A model generated the notes under the pieces. It saw only the letters and a program-made list of their open reading frames with translations, ran no database searches and had not been told where the DNA came from. From contig NW_024704742.1 of the NCBI RefSeq assembly GCF_018977255.1, forward strand, positions 124,374,001 to 124,438,000: a stretch of 64,000 nucleotides of DNA, in the 5' to 3' direction. Of the stretch, positions 36,218 through 49,571 are shown one piece after another; the stretch's first letter is position 1; each line of letters opens with the position of its first letter. This DNA comes from Callorhinchus milii (lineage: Eukaryota). Both the position numbers and the translations under genes were made by a program.

Positions 36218-38085
36218 ACGCTGTTGAATTCAAACATTGAATGGAAACTTTCTCCAACTCTTTACGTATTTGTACTGTAAACTTTATACCATTAGAGCAA
36301 CATTAACTGAATATTCATTTAAATAAGATGACATACAATTTGTGTTCGTATGATCCAATACCCACATATCAAGAAAAGAATCCTTTTCTTTGAAGCATAA
36401 CAACTAACTCGTACCACATCAACTGAATAAATGAAGTCAATTTAAATTGGAATCAGCAGACAGTACTGAACTGGTTAGGCCCAAATCCCTGCCTCTGCTT
36501 TTGTCATTTTTATTGTAAATGCATGATTCTTCAGTGTATGGAAATCATTTATCTTGCCTTAATGATGATAGGTTTGGACAACTATGTTGATCAGTGTTAC
36601 AGCTCTGGTCAGTGCTGGTGAACAAATCAATATGCCGTCAGAATTAACTAAAGTGGTGTCTGGATGTGGATTCTCGCACTTTGCTTCTTATTACTATATG
36701 TTTATTAACGCACACAGTTGGTATAAGGAATCCAGGCCAGCAAACACTGGATTTGTGCATTTGTAAATCATTTGGATAGAAAGGAACGTCTTGGTGGTGT
36801 AAACTCCAGTCTAACGCCTTATCTGGCATGTACACAATGTGCTTTTGGGTATAAACTACTATATCCCTCCTGTTAAAGCTTTGAAATGTCACCAGACACC
36901 TTCAGAAAGGTTCTGCTTAAAAGAGCAAAAGTAAGGCAGGAATCGTTTTACAAGAACAGTTTTTTGCAATCATTTATTGCAATCATTGAGCACTACTGTG
37001 ACTGGCAGCAAGCTACAGACTTTGTTATTGAAACGCTGATGGATGTGCCCATTGATTACAATAGCATGAGATGGGTTGAATTTCAGGATTTATCTTATTT
37101 TCCTGAATGAAAAATTGCAACGATTTTTTTTAGTAGCTGGTTTTTTGAGGTAGAAAATGATTGCGTCATAACGTCGTTCTTCTTACATGTTTGTAAACCA
37201 TGTTTGGAAATGTTTAACACGATATGACCTGTGAATGCAAGTTAGACAAAGACCAACACTACTGATTTTGTCTTAAATTTAAATTCAACTTCTTTTAATC
37301 CATGTGTTATTTTCGTGTCACAGTACTTGAAAGAGTTAAAAGAAAATTGAAGTACTGAAGATCCTGTGGTAGATGTCAATTTGTGCCATCTGTCAAATTA
37401 CTTTGTTGTGTGTTGTATACGTATGCGCCAGTCTTGGCACTTCTCAAACCGGGGACTGTCTGCAACTCTTCAGTGGGCAGAATGAAAACACTATCAATCA
37501 GTACCCAACAACAGCTGTTCCTGACAAGCCTCTGTCTGACGCCTAATGCCTTCCAACTGTCGGCTTGGTTCCTCCCTGTCTACCATCATCATCCCTCTGT
37601 CCGACCAGCCTCGGTCACCTGGTCTCTGCTTGCAGCTCAAGAATTTCCAACCGTGTTCTCAGATACTTTTTATTTTCACATCCCTTTTTTTTTCCCCCAC
37701 AGTGTTCAATTGCCACAAGTGTCTTGTTATGCACATTGTAAAGCTGTCCCATGTAACTGTGATACAGTATATTGTTGAAATTTTACACAAGGCTTACTGC
37801 ATTTCATTGTATTTATAGAAAATTTGGAATTTTTTATACGCTAAGTAGTTGGCAGTTGCTTTTTTGTAATAGTAAAATCATTCGTATTTCTAAACTTTGT
37901 ACCTTTATTACGGGCAATAATGTATATTGGTAGATTAACTGGCACATAGCCTATCTTTGTACTGGAAATACAGCCACTGTATTTAGCAGTTGACTAACCA
38001 TTATAGCCAAGTAAGTCAAAAAAGCTGCTCTCTGATTTCCACTGTCCATCAATGACAATAAAGGTTACTCCTGAATAGAAGGGAT
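36218..38085 (+). other. ARL15: Putative ARL15 3'UTR with candidate polyA signals AATAAA at 36426-36431 and 38057-38062
   Basis: Follows the stop codon, has no recognisable transposons up to about 38250 and is AT-rich. The end point is inferred from the distal AATAAA. Confidence 0.55.
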
Positions 38086-40001
38086 TGGTTTCAGCTTAAT
38101 CTCTGCAAGAAATGTCTTTTTCACCCTTAAAAGTAATGTGGAAAGTTAATGTTTGTTATTACAGATTTTTCCTTCAGTTGAGAGCTGAAGAGCATGAATT
38201 AGAGAACGTACACAAGCATTTCACTGCAGAACTGTTTTATTACTGTATTCATTCTCCCAAAAAATAAACAGTCAATCCACTTTACAGTATATCCTGTGAA
38301 GCGCTTTGAGACGTCTCAATGACGTGATAAAGTGCTATATCAAATGCAAGGATTATTATTACATAAGTATTGCTTTTTAAATCTGACTGCTCAAGCCACA
38401 GAAACTGTAAATCTGAATGTATTTTCAAAATGTTATTAACTCACTTGTGTGAAACCTAATGTTGATGCAAAATAATATTCTGCTCTGCAGCAAAGTACAG
38501 ATATAAAGAGAGTGTTCACCTAGGGTGTCCCACTGGTGCAATGTCTGTGGGTGTATCAGCTAGCTTTGCCATGAGGTAGTAAGATTTGCAGTTTTGCTTG
38601 GGAGATTCTCGCCCTATATTCTCTGGCTTTAGCTTTTCCAGGTCCAGAGGAAAAATCCGAAACTTATTCAGCTTCACATTTTCCTAACAGTTGGTTACAG
38701 AATGCCTACAAATTTAGTGACACGACTGTGTAAAGATCCAAAAAGAGAAAATGAATTTGCACATATCAAATTAGAGCACTAGTGAGTTGTTTCCTCTGCA
38801 ATTTCTCACCCTCTCAATGGCTTTCCCAATTTTAGTTGCTCATTGTTGGCAGATATCAAGAAAACCAAGAGCCTCATTCCAACCCGAACATTTTCTCAGA
38901 GTCTCTAAATAACTGATGATGCTAACTTTTTCAATAAACTATTTTGTAGTTTCAAAAACAGGATATTTAAAAGAACACATATATGAGAACAAATGTTGGA
39001 GGAAAGTAATGAAAGTAACACAATCTGTGAATAAATGTGGTCATTTAATTGGTTACATGATTAAAATGTGCGCATAATATACATTTCAACTGAAAAAATA
39101 AAGCTGTTTTGCTTGGGTGATTGAAGCAGTGTTTGACCTGCCAAACAAAACCACAGCTGCCTGTAAGATTGCCGATTTTTATTTCTCTGCATGAACACAA
39201 TACTATTTTTTTGTCCTTCGCCTTACGTAACACTAAGCAAAACAAAAGTATTTCTTGAAAGATATTATTGAAATATGTATGTTCATCACAGAAGGAAAGG
39301 CCATCTTCATCAGGCCTGAGTAAAATAAACATCTCCAACGGGTTGTGGTATTGTCTTAATAGAATTAAAACATGTGCGTATTTTATGCATATTAATAACA
39401 AATAAAATGTATGTATATATCTTGATCTCTTGACAGTATGCACATTATTTCAACTTAACTGATAAAGTAACAAATGCAAAAACACTCCTCAGAGTAATGT
39501 TAGGTTGTAGAGGGGATATTCTCTAATGAAAAGCCTGCAGGAATCCATCAAGATGAGGTGAATTCTGCAGTTACAAATCTTTACTGTAGAGTGAAGTTTG
39601 TTGCTTTTGGCTTTGTTTGAAACACTTTCAACAATTAAAGTTTGTAATTTTTAAAACATTTTTACTGTGGTGCATAGCTTTGATAAATTAAGTAAAGAAA
39701 CAAGTTAATGCAGACTTATGGCTCACCTCTACGGTCAAGCCTGCTTTTGGAACAGATCCTTTCTCCTGCTGGCAACAGACATCATTGCAATTTAGCAAAT
39801 GAAAAAATGTACTTTCATTTTCAACCAGAGTCTGTCTCCCTCTCTTCCTCCCATACCCTTATATTCCTCTGTCTTACTTATGAAGATGAGAGGTGTTCGT
39901 GCTAAAAAAAATTGACACTTTGTAATTTGGAATACCCAGTGTTAGAATCAAGTCTTCTCAGTATGTTAGCAACTCAATAAGGCTTTTGTGAAAGCAGTGT
40001 A

Positions 40002-40760
40002 AATCATAGAAGGTGTCCATTAAGCCCATTATGTCTGTGCCTGCTCCGTCGAGTAATCCATTCAGTCCTATTTGCCTGCACTATTGCCATACCCCGGTAG
40101 CTGACTCTAGTTCCCTTTTGAAAGGCAATATGCTCCCAGCAGGGAATTGCATATCCTAAATTTATTGTGTGTGAAAAAATTCTCCTTGCTTCTCCATTTG
40201 CTTATTTACTGATTATCTTAAATTGATGCCCTCTCGTCACTTACTTACCAACCAGTGGAAATGATTTCTCTCTACTGACTCAATCAAAACCCCTCAGAAT
40301 TTTAAGGATCATTCAACCTTCTTTGTTCCAGCAGTAAAAGTTCCAGTTCCTCCAGCCCCCATTTATAAATCACACAATTGATTCCCAGTATCATCCCAGT
40401 AAATCTCCTCTGCATCCCCTTTATTACCTTGATGTCTTTCCTAAAGTGGGGATACCAATACTAGACACAATATTCAAACTGTAGTCTAGCTAATGATTTA
40501 TATAAGTTTAGCATTACCTCTGCTTTCATATTTTATACACCTATTTATAAAACTTAACAGTCCATTAATGTTGTCCACCTGTCTTCCCACCTTTGATTTA
40601 TATATATATGTATATATATATACACACATTAATTAACACCCCTTTGCTCTTTCAGTCCTTTTTGATATTTTCCCACCTAGACTTCTTATTTTTCCACCCA
40701 AAATGTATAACCTCATATTTGTCTGGATTAAATTTAATTTGCCTTTCCCATTATAACAAG
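40002..40760 (-). mobile_element. Decayed CR1 3' portion
   Basis: Collinear with the young CR1 at 57924-58760 (aaatctcctctgcatcccct, caccagtggaaa, ccaaaatgtataacctcat). Confidence 0.8.
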
Positions 40761-40769
40761 AAAATCTCA

Positions 40770-41060
40770 AGTTACCATCTGAACAAAGAAGACACATTTA
40801 AAATGATCATAAAAAAAGAACTTAAATGGGACTAGAAAAATCTTTCAAAGAGGATGGTTGGAATCTTAGATCCTTTGCTGCAAACCAATAGTTATACGCA
40901 GAATCCATAAATTTATTAAATGAATTAGATACTTAAAGAGTGTATTTTAAGGGCCTGGGGGAAAAGCCGGTGAGTGATTAGGCATTGTGCTTTGTGGAGA
41001 CCAGTGTCGAATTGATGGGCAGAATGACCGTTTTCTGCGTTGTAACATTCTATGATTCTA
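40770..41060 (+). mobile_element. Decayed CR1 3' end
   Basis: Ends in ttgatgggcagaatgacc..ttctgcgttgtaacattctatgattcta, a CR1 (ATTCTATG)n-type tail. Confidence 0.7.
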
Positions 41061-41678
41061 CTTCAGTGCAGAAACGCGAGCAGATACAGTCCAGACTGAA
41101 AGTGATACAAAGAACTATGATTTGGTCGTTGATACCTACTATCTTATTGATCTTGATGGAATTGTTCACAATTTAAATTGACACTTCAGGAACAGCATCT
41201 TTCAGATGAGATGTTAATGAAACGTCCACATTAGCATTAGGTTCAGGTGGATGTTAAAGATCAGATGTTTTAGAGAGCATTTCCTTGTCCCAGCATTAAT
41301 GCTTGTGAGATGAATTGCTTATGTTAGTCCTAACTTCCAATCCCATCGCCATCCAGACAATTACATGGTTTGTTTTTAAAGAACGTAACACAGCAACAAT
41401 TGTTTTGCGGAAAGTTTGTTCCACATGAATGCAATATTTAACTACAGGGAAAAATCTAATGTCCAAACCTGCCTTGGATGCATTCATTTTAAACAAATAG
41501 GAGTAAAAAATGCAAGATTTCATAGCATTGAATATAATTATCAAATCAGGTGTGATATGTCACTTTTTGATCTAATAGTCTCTAGTTCTGTGTTCACAAT
41601 TTGACATATTGGATTTTGGCTCTCAATAGTTTAAAAACTAAGATCATACACTTCCATATTCTGTCCAAATAAAGGACA

Positions 41679-42924
41679 ACTTCACCGAATGGTTTAGCTC
41701 TTACCTTTCCCACCGTCTTCACTTCGTCTCAACGAATGGCTTCTCCTCCACCCCCCGTACTGTCTCATGTGGTGTCCCTCAGGGCTCTGTCCTCGGTCCC
41801 CTCCTCTTCACCCTCTACATGCTCCCCCTCGGTGACATCATCCGCAAACATGGGGTTAACTTCCACATGTATGCGGATGACACCCAACTCTACCTTTCCT
41901 CCTCTACTCTCAACTCCACGACCACCGATGTCCTGACAGCCTGCCTGTCCGACATCGAGTCCTGGACGAGAGACAACTTTCTTCAGCTCAACGTGCGAAA
42001 AACCGAGGCCCTCCTGATTGGCTCATGTCAGCGCCTCCGCACCTCAGGCGCTGACACCATCAGCATCCAAGGCTGCACTCTCCACCTCTCAAAGCCAGTC
42101 AGGAACCTCGGCGTTTTGTTCGACCCTGAGCTGTCCTTTCTCCCTCACATCCGCACCACAACTGGCACCGCCTTCCATCACCTCCGGAATATCGCCAGAT
42201 TACGGCACTACCTCACCCCTCACGCCGCTGAAACCCTGGTTCACGCCTTTGTCACCTCAAGGCTGGACTATGGGAACTCTCTCCTCGCCGGCCTTCCCGC
42301 CACCTCCCTCCACAAGCTGCAGGTCATTCAGAACTCTGCAGCTCGTGTACTGTCCCGCACCAGGCTTCGGGACCACATCACTCCCACCCTCGCTCGCCTC
42401 CACTGGCTCCCCATCCCCCAGAGGATTGATTTCAAGATCCTCATCCTCACCTACAAGGCCATTCACGGCCTTGCTCCCTCCTACCTCTCCAACCTACTAT
42501 CCCCCTACCTACCTGCCCGTACCCTCCGTTCCTCTGGCTCCGGTCTGCTCCACGTCCCCCGCCCCAACCGCCCTACTATCGGTGGTCGGGCCTTCAGCCT
42601 CTCAGCCCCCAGGCTCTGGAACTCTATCCCCCAGTGCCTTCGCCTTGCTTCCTCCCTTTCCTCCTTCAAGGCCGGTCTCAAAACCTTTCTCTTTGACCGT
42701 GCCTTCAGCTCCCCTCTCGACTCTCTTCCTCCTCCTCGCTCCCTCCCTTCCCTCCCCTCACCCTGACCATTTCCCCCTCCTCTCTCCCTCCCTTCCCTCC
42801 CCTCACCCTGACCATTTCCCCCCTGCTCGGGTCATGACCCAACTCTGCAGCGCCTTGGGACGTCCTCCTGACGTGAAAGGCGCTCTATAAATGGAATCTT
42901 GTTGTTGTTGTTGTTGTTGTTGTT
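41679..42924 (+). mobile_element. Young 5'-truncated L2 LINE with an uninterrupted RT/C-terminal reading frame (41687-42766)
   Basis: [40 protein letters not shown] is open for 360 codons. Has a (gtt)n tail and a perfect TSD AAGGACA at 41672-41678 and 42925-42931. Confidence 0.97.
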
Positions 42925-45399
42925 AAGGACAGTTACATGTTACTGATTTAGTTTTGAAATATCTTAATTACATCTACCCACATGTGCACTCGAATCTCCT
43001 CTAAAATCGCATCTCAAATCATCTCCCACTTCCATCATCAGATTGAAAAGACCTGAGTTAACCACCAGAAATTGTTTCATTTTAACACAAGTCATTGTGC
43101 CAGGTTCCACTGCCTTCAAAAGAGGTGTTTTGGAACTTCAACTGTGTGTTTAAAAACATTATTTGGAATTGTTTGCAAATCAGACATTGCTCAAATGCTA
43201 TATTCATCTACTGAGCAGATGCTTTGTTACCCAGACAGCCTGTGTTGATGGATTACATTGAAGATGTGAAGTGCAGACATAGACGTAGATTTCATGCAGG
43301 GGCGTCTGTTACCAAGACCACCCATTTAGAGGTGAATCTCAGCACCACTAGTTGCAGTTGCTAAGGGGTGTCCAGGTTCCATTGGAAGTCATTAATTTTC
43401 TCCAAAGCCAGCAGTTAGGCTGAAACATAATAAAGTTTAGGACTTAAATTTGAAATGCCAAATAATAATAATAATAATAACCCTTGCATTTGCTACAGAG
43501 CCTTATCACTTTAGTTAAGACTTCTCAAAGCGCTTCACATAATATATTGTAAAGCATATTGGCTGTGTATTTTGTCAGTTAAATCGCCAGCAAAAATATT
43601 TTGACAGTATATTTCTCAATAGTTTTAATGTAGCTACAACAAAGAATTGTAGTATCACCATCCTCCTCGATTTGTCACTTTGTATCTAACTGCTACTCTA
43701 TCTCCGGGTCTAGGCTTATGAAAGATAATTTCAAGATATACCAGAAAGTATTCCTTCAGCCCCAAATAATTAACATTTAGAAGAAAAAAATTGTGGGTTA
43801 ACCAGAAGGAAGATAGAGGGCAGGACCCTGGACTTATTAAAAGGAAACACTAGGATGGGTATTCTGGAAGGATAAGATCAAATAGGCCAAAGAGTTCTTC
43901 ATCCTTATCTTGCTTGTGATCTATTGTACTATCTCTTCTCAAAAACATACCACCAGTTCCAGAGAGCAATATCATCCTTAGCTTCCTCTTACAATTGGAT
44001 CTATAAAATCCAACTTGGTTTCTGTACAGGTCTCAACTCACTCTCCATTTTTTCACAGGGATTCTCTATTGGACCTCAATTTGTTTACTATCCAGCAGAT
44101 TTCCATCATGGTCATATTAACTTGAATTTGATCGCTGATCTCTATTGTTGGAGACCAGATGGTCATGGCAAAGGAGGATATGGAATAAAGGCAGATCTCC
44201 GTACAACTGGAATTCATTCATTCTTAGGTATAGACAAATTCAGCAGCTGAGGGTAAGCTGAGAAACAGACTCCTGAAACAACCCTATCTGGTGCATTGGT
44301 TGAGCAAGCACCCTATCCACCAGGTATCTTCAGAGCTGGAGAGAGCGGAGTTGTGCTTAACATGCAAGTAAAGGTTCATTTTCGGAAATACAGTGTCTGA
44401 TTTCTGACGACATAAAGGAACAAGAAAGGTCAAACAAGGAGAAGGGCATACAAAGCATTGATTCTTAGAGTCAGATTGCAAGCTTTTTTTTCATGCTTTG
44501 TGGTTGCTAACTTGTGACTCTTGGCATGCGTTAGGTGAAAGCAGTTCCAAAATCAAGCATCTCAAGAAGTGTGCCAACCTTGTGAGTGTATGGGAAGCCC
44601 TGGCTGATGCTAAATGCGATCATGGTATTCCATGGTAGTGCCAGGAGTCTTAAGAATTGCAAGCTGTGTTTGACATGCAGCCTGGGACCTTGACCCTGAA
44701 GTGGAACCAAGACACAGATGTTACGTCTAACCTCCCACCCCCATGGGAGAGAGAATATAACCTGAATCCTCAAGGCTACTCATTACAAGATTTCTCAAAG
44801 CTATAAATCTGCACAGGACTGAGGTTTCAGGTATGGCCAAGCTCCAATTATGCATTTTATGCGCAACATGTTTAGTGTCCTCAATCTAATCAATAGACTT
44901 TCAGCTCCTCCTTTCAGTACATTGACCAACCACATCCATTGTATGTGGGAAACCAGTCCCAGCATTTCTTCACATCTTTAAACCCCAGAGTGAAACTTAG
45001 CAATAATAATAATAATAATAATAGTAGAGGAAAAGGAACAATATACCCAGTTCTAAAGTGGTGAAGATACTGTGAGATGACCTAGATTGTAGCACAAATG
45101 CCTCAAATGAGTTACAGCTGAAGTAGAAAAGAATAATTACTTAGTACAATTGAATGTAAAGTCAATTGGGTTATTTATATCGGCTCTATTTCAAGATCTC
45201 CTTCTTCAAACTAGCAAACCTATTCCACCACACATCTGTCACCATTCTTGACATGAATCACAAGAGAGGTTTGAATGAAGAAGGATCTTTCAGCCCATTC
45301 TAGAAGAAACTCCCTTACCTTATCACCCACAAAATATACAGTCAATTCACTTTCAGTATATTCTGTGAAGCACTTTGAGACATCACAAAGACTTGATGA

Positions 45400-45755
45400 G
45401 GCTTCAAGATCCTCACCTTCACTTCCAAAGCCCTTCATGCCCGCACACCTCCTTACCTCTGTGATCTTCTCCAACCTCCCTTTTCTGCTCAGACCCTCTA
45501 CTCGCCAAACTCGGGCCTGCTGCACATTCCCCAATCCACATTTGTTCCAATGCACCATTAGTCCACCCTCTGGAAGCCCTTCCCTCTGCAACTCCATCTC
45601 ACCCCTCTTCATCTGTCTTCAAACCACCTAAGAATCTAACTTTTGAACAGTGCCTATGGTCACCCCACTCTTTCGCCACCCCGATCAGTGTCTGACATTG
45701 TCTTTGTTAAGCATTGCATGACCTTACTCTCTGTGAAGGGCACTGTGTTGTTGTT
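45400..45755 (+). mobile_element. Decayed L2 3' fragment
   Basis: ttcaagatcctcaccttcacttccaaagccc..ccctctggaagcccttcc..tgtgaagggcactgtgttgttgttg. Confidence 0.7.
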
Positions 45756-46894
45756 GAGTCACTCTAATGCTCCCTTAATAATATTAATCCTTGCATTTTA
45801 TACAGCGCCTTATCAAGTCTTCGAGATGTCTCAAAGCGCTTCACAGAATATATTGTAAAGTGAATTGACTGTATATTTTGTGGGCGATGTATATTTAATT
45901 GCTCTGTATCTTTTCTTCATAGACATAAAAAACAATTTTCCATGAACCTTTGTCCCACTTTCTTTTTCTTACCAGTGTTTAAGTATCAACCTCCTCAAGC
46001 AAAAATACTGTTGTGCCAATTTTTTAAAAATGTTTAGTATTTTAAATCGCATTGTAATTACATAATTAGTACACTGTACAGCAATCTTTCTGCACTGCTG
46101 AAAGGAGGAGGGAAATAGAGTAAAACTGATAAACTTTGTTTGTAAGAGATGCATAACCATTTAGGTTTTTCTTTTGTGTGGGAAAGAACAGCGAACAATC
46201 ATTGATGTAAGGAATGGCAGAAAGGAATTTGTATGAAATCAGTTCTCAATTATAATAATTTTCTTCATGCGGTTCACAATGGCAGCCAAGAAATGTCTGC
46301 TTCACATTTACTTGTTTATTGAATTATAAAAAGTTACATGCGCAAGTGAGAGAACCACAATGGTACCCTTTCGGCACTGGGTTATCATTACTGTTTAGTT
46401 ATGTTTTCTTTATTAAAAATAAAAATAATAAAAGATCAGAGCCTTCAGCAATGTGAATTGGTACATACAAATAGAGTATGATATATTTGTTTCAGAGAGT
46501 TTTAAAGATCTCAGAGATTGCAAATTACAAGCTCGCCTGCTGAATCATTTTATATCAATTCACATTAAGTGCAAAATTTGTTACATTTCACAATTGTGTT
46601 AAATATAGGTTTTTTGGTTTTACATTTGGCTTACAGTCTATGACATCAGGAGGACATCCCAAAGCGCATCATGGGATATACTGTAAAGTGAAGGGACTGC
46701 GTGTTTTGTGGGCAAACACAGCAGCCAATTTGTTATGACGAACAAATAAACATACTGACAACAAAGTAGGGAACATTTTCATAAATCAAATAGATTTTAC
46801 ATCTATACAGAACCCTTTCATATCCAGAGAACATCTCAAAGCTCTTAACAATCCTGGATGGGCACCCAAGCTGCAGGTTGGAGTGAAGGCATTT

Positions 46895-47212
46895 GATATT
46901 GCGTCTTATCATGTCATCAAGACACCTCAAAGAATTTCACAAGGGTATAGTGTAAAGCAGATTGATGTATTTTGTGGGCGAAAAGCTGCAGCCAGTTTGT
47001 GCATAGCGATGTCCCACAAACAGCCATGGAGTGGGTGACCAATTTTAATTGGTGGATTTGTTGTACAGTACACAGGGAGAAACTCCCTTCGCTTTTCAAA
47101 TAGTGCCATGGGATATTTAACATCAACCTGAAACAGGCAGAGGGTTAATGTCTCGTCTGAAGGACGACACCTTCAACATTGCAACACATCCCCAGCACTG
47201 CATTAGACTGGC
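46895..47212 (-). mobile_element. Deu-SINE lacking its head, preceded by stacked SINE/L2 tail fragments (about 46620-46890)
   Basis: gtcccacaaacagcc..tagtgccatgggatatttaacatcaacctgaa..cagcactgcatt. Confidence 0.8.
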
Positions 47213-47564
47213 TTAGACCATTAGATCAGCTTAGACCAGGGAACCATAATTCATCGTGACATAAAAGAACAACGTATATTTTATTTACACGCCACCAGCT
47301 ATTATCATGATGGCATTTTGTATTTCCCTTTACCTGTGTTTCGAGCGAGTTGTGTTTATTTTGAGTTCAGAGCCAGTTCAGGCCCTTTGGGGTGCACAGT
47401 TTTCCTCCTTCAATTTGTGGAAGGAGGAAGGGGAGGGGGAGAAGAAATAGAGGCCCTGCAGGATATTTCGGAAGTGGGGGGAGGGAGAGACTCGGAAACT
47501 CAGGGCCCATATAATTCCCTTTTTTATATACTGGAGGAAGGGAACGAAAATAAATATTTATGAT

Positions 47565-47900
47565 TTGGTATACTTGGGGCAGACGTAAAGTGATGTTCTT
47601 CTGCTCTCCCTTTGTGTTATGCCTTGACCCTAACCTCAAAGCACAAGTGTGACAATTTCACTTCCCTCAATAGCCATCCTTTAGGCCTTTGAGTCCTGAA
47701 ATTTAGTACCAATTAGTGCTGAAATATGGCCACTCGTTACTGTGGACTTAACACCCGCTAGGAGCTGGGTTCAGACTCATTTCACATAGGACCTGAACAC
47801 TGAGAAAACTTTCATCTCATCGGTCTGACCTGCATTATAACTCAGACCCTAGAGATAAAAGGTCAACATATGAATGCAAGGCACTGGTCACTTCCCAAAT
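47565..47900 (-). mobile_element. LF-SINE-like ancient SINE
   Basis: Ordered matches to the remembered LF-SINE consensus (reverse complement): tgccttgaccctaacc, ccaattagtgc, ctaggagctgg, actcatttcacatagg, ctagagataaaagg. Confidence 0.6.
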
Positions 47901-48750
47901 TGAAACACTTGTTATAACTGTTTTCCGTTAACACCATAATGTAAAAAACATGTCAGTCTCCTGTTGACGTACTATTCATACACAAAACTATTCTGGCACA
48001 ACCCTGGCCTCCCCCATGATTCATTGAATATTTATCTGATTGCTGTTTGTGGACTGTTGGTGCTGTCACTTTTTGGCTGTATAGTAGAAGTTACTGCACT
48101 TCAAAGTAACTTATTATGTGAAACACTTGGGACATTTTGGCTTGACAAGGCACTATATAAAATAGTAGTACTAATGTTGTAATTCAGATTTGGTTATACA
48201 ATACAGTCTTAGCCATTCACAATTGTTATCTTTAATGCTTCCACGTGGCTTAATCTACATTATCTTTAACTGCTCACTAGGTCTAAGCAGTTGCAGTTAG
48301 CTATCACCATTAATACACAAGCACCCAGACACAAAATCAAGAGAACAATTCTTATTTTACTACTTTTTCTGGTCTCATTTATGTGTTTCAACAGTGCTGA
48401 TACTTTTTTATGTGGTCAGTGTGATCTGACACATGCAGAATCCCATCGCCATGCTTAAGAGTATCCAAACCAAACAACTGAGAGTTCCACATATGTATGA
48501 TACATGAAGTCTCGGCAATCAAATTACTTTAAATTCAACTAAGATAATCTTTGTTGTCTGTGCTATTACAGGTATTGCAATGGTACTTGGGGATTACCTT
48601 ACACAAGTAAACAGTGTAATCACTGTTCACGGCATAGTTGGTGTAACATAAAGAAGGCTGTAGCTTCAATCCCTAGTTTGACGCTGTACATGCTGAGCTC
48701 GGCCAGCAGTGGTAACACAAAATACTGAACTGGTTCTTGAGTTGGAACTT

Positions 48751-48858
48751 GGAACTTGATGTAGGGTCGTGGACCCGAAACGTTGACTCACTTTCCTTTC
48801 TCCATAGATGCTTCCTGACCTGCTGAATGTTCCCAGCGACTTCTGTTTTTGTTTTCAG
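48751..48858 (+). mobile_element. Second PLE terminal-repeat fragment with a mutated hammerhead core
   Basis: ttgatgtagggtcgtggacccgaaacgttgactcactttcctttctccatagatgcttcctgacctgctg. Confidence 0.75.
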
Positions 48859-48869
48859 TGGCAACACCA

Positions 48870-49097
48870 TGGTTGGCTCGAGCACCCTTGGGAAAAACAA
48901 CTGTTTTAAAGGGAGTGTACCAAAAAACATGTGTACAACCCAGGTGCGGTGAAAGAATATACTGTAAACAACAGAATGTTTTTTGTATCAGGAGAAAGGG
49001 AAAAATTGTAACAGAAGATGTTGTACTTTGTGCTTGTTTTGGATTTCTTTTGTACCAATATTATATTTATAAATAAATATATATTTTCAATAAAAAA
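48870..49097 (+). mobile_element. Possible L1/Tx1-type 3' tail
   Basis: TG-rich stretch ending in atttataaataaatatatattttcaataaaaaa. Confidence 0.35.
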
Positions 49098-49212
49098 CAA
49101 TCAACCAGAGTTACCTTTGTATCCAAAGATTCCTTTCTTTGAATGTGCATGGTGAGGACAGAATAATAATAATCCTTTCATTTAATATAGCACCTTATCA
49201 CATCATTGAGAC

Positions 49213-49571
49213 AACAGCAACAACAACTTGCACTTATGTAGTACCCTCCACTCAGGGTAGCATCTCAGAGCCCTTATCAATGACTCTGAGCCGGTGTGGG
49301 GGGGAAGGTGACCATAAGCATGATCGTAAAGGAAGGTTTTCAGGCGGGACTTGAAAAAGGGGAGAGAAGGGGCAAGATGGAGGGATTAAGGGAGAATGTT
49401 CCAGAGCTTTGGGACGCAGTAGCTGAAAGCGCAACCTCCAATGGTCGAGCAGAGGGTGCGAAGGACGAGCAGGAGGCTGGTGCCAGTCGAGTGGAGGTGC
49501 AGGGTGGTGGATTGGGGAGTGAGGAGGTCGGAGAGGTAGGGAGATGCCAGAGAGTGAAGGGATTTGAACAC
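49213..49571 (-). mobile_element. L2 3' fragment inserted in a Deu-type SINE tail (SINE parts about 49162-49212 and 49572-49640)
   Basis: ORF 49386-49571 reads FKSLHSLASPYLSDLL..TIGGCAFSYCVPKLWNILP. The SINE tail resumes after the insert. Confidence 0.85.

Noticed and set aside
42018..42890. 290-aa Ser/Pro-rich ORF (similar ones at 14403, 17063 and 30401)
   Set aside because: Alternative frames of C-rich L2 sequence.
47237..47520. Possible TIR element (agggaacc.. / ..aattccct)
   Set aside because: Terminal match is too short and there is no TSD.
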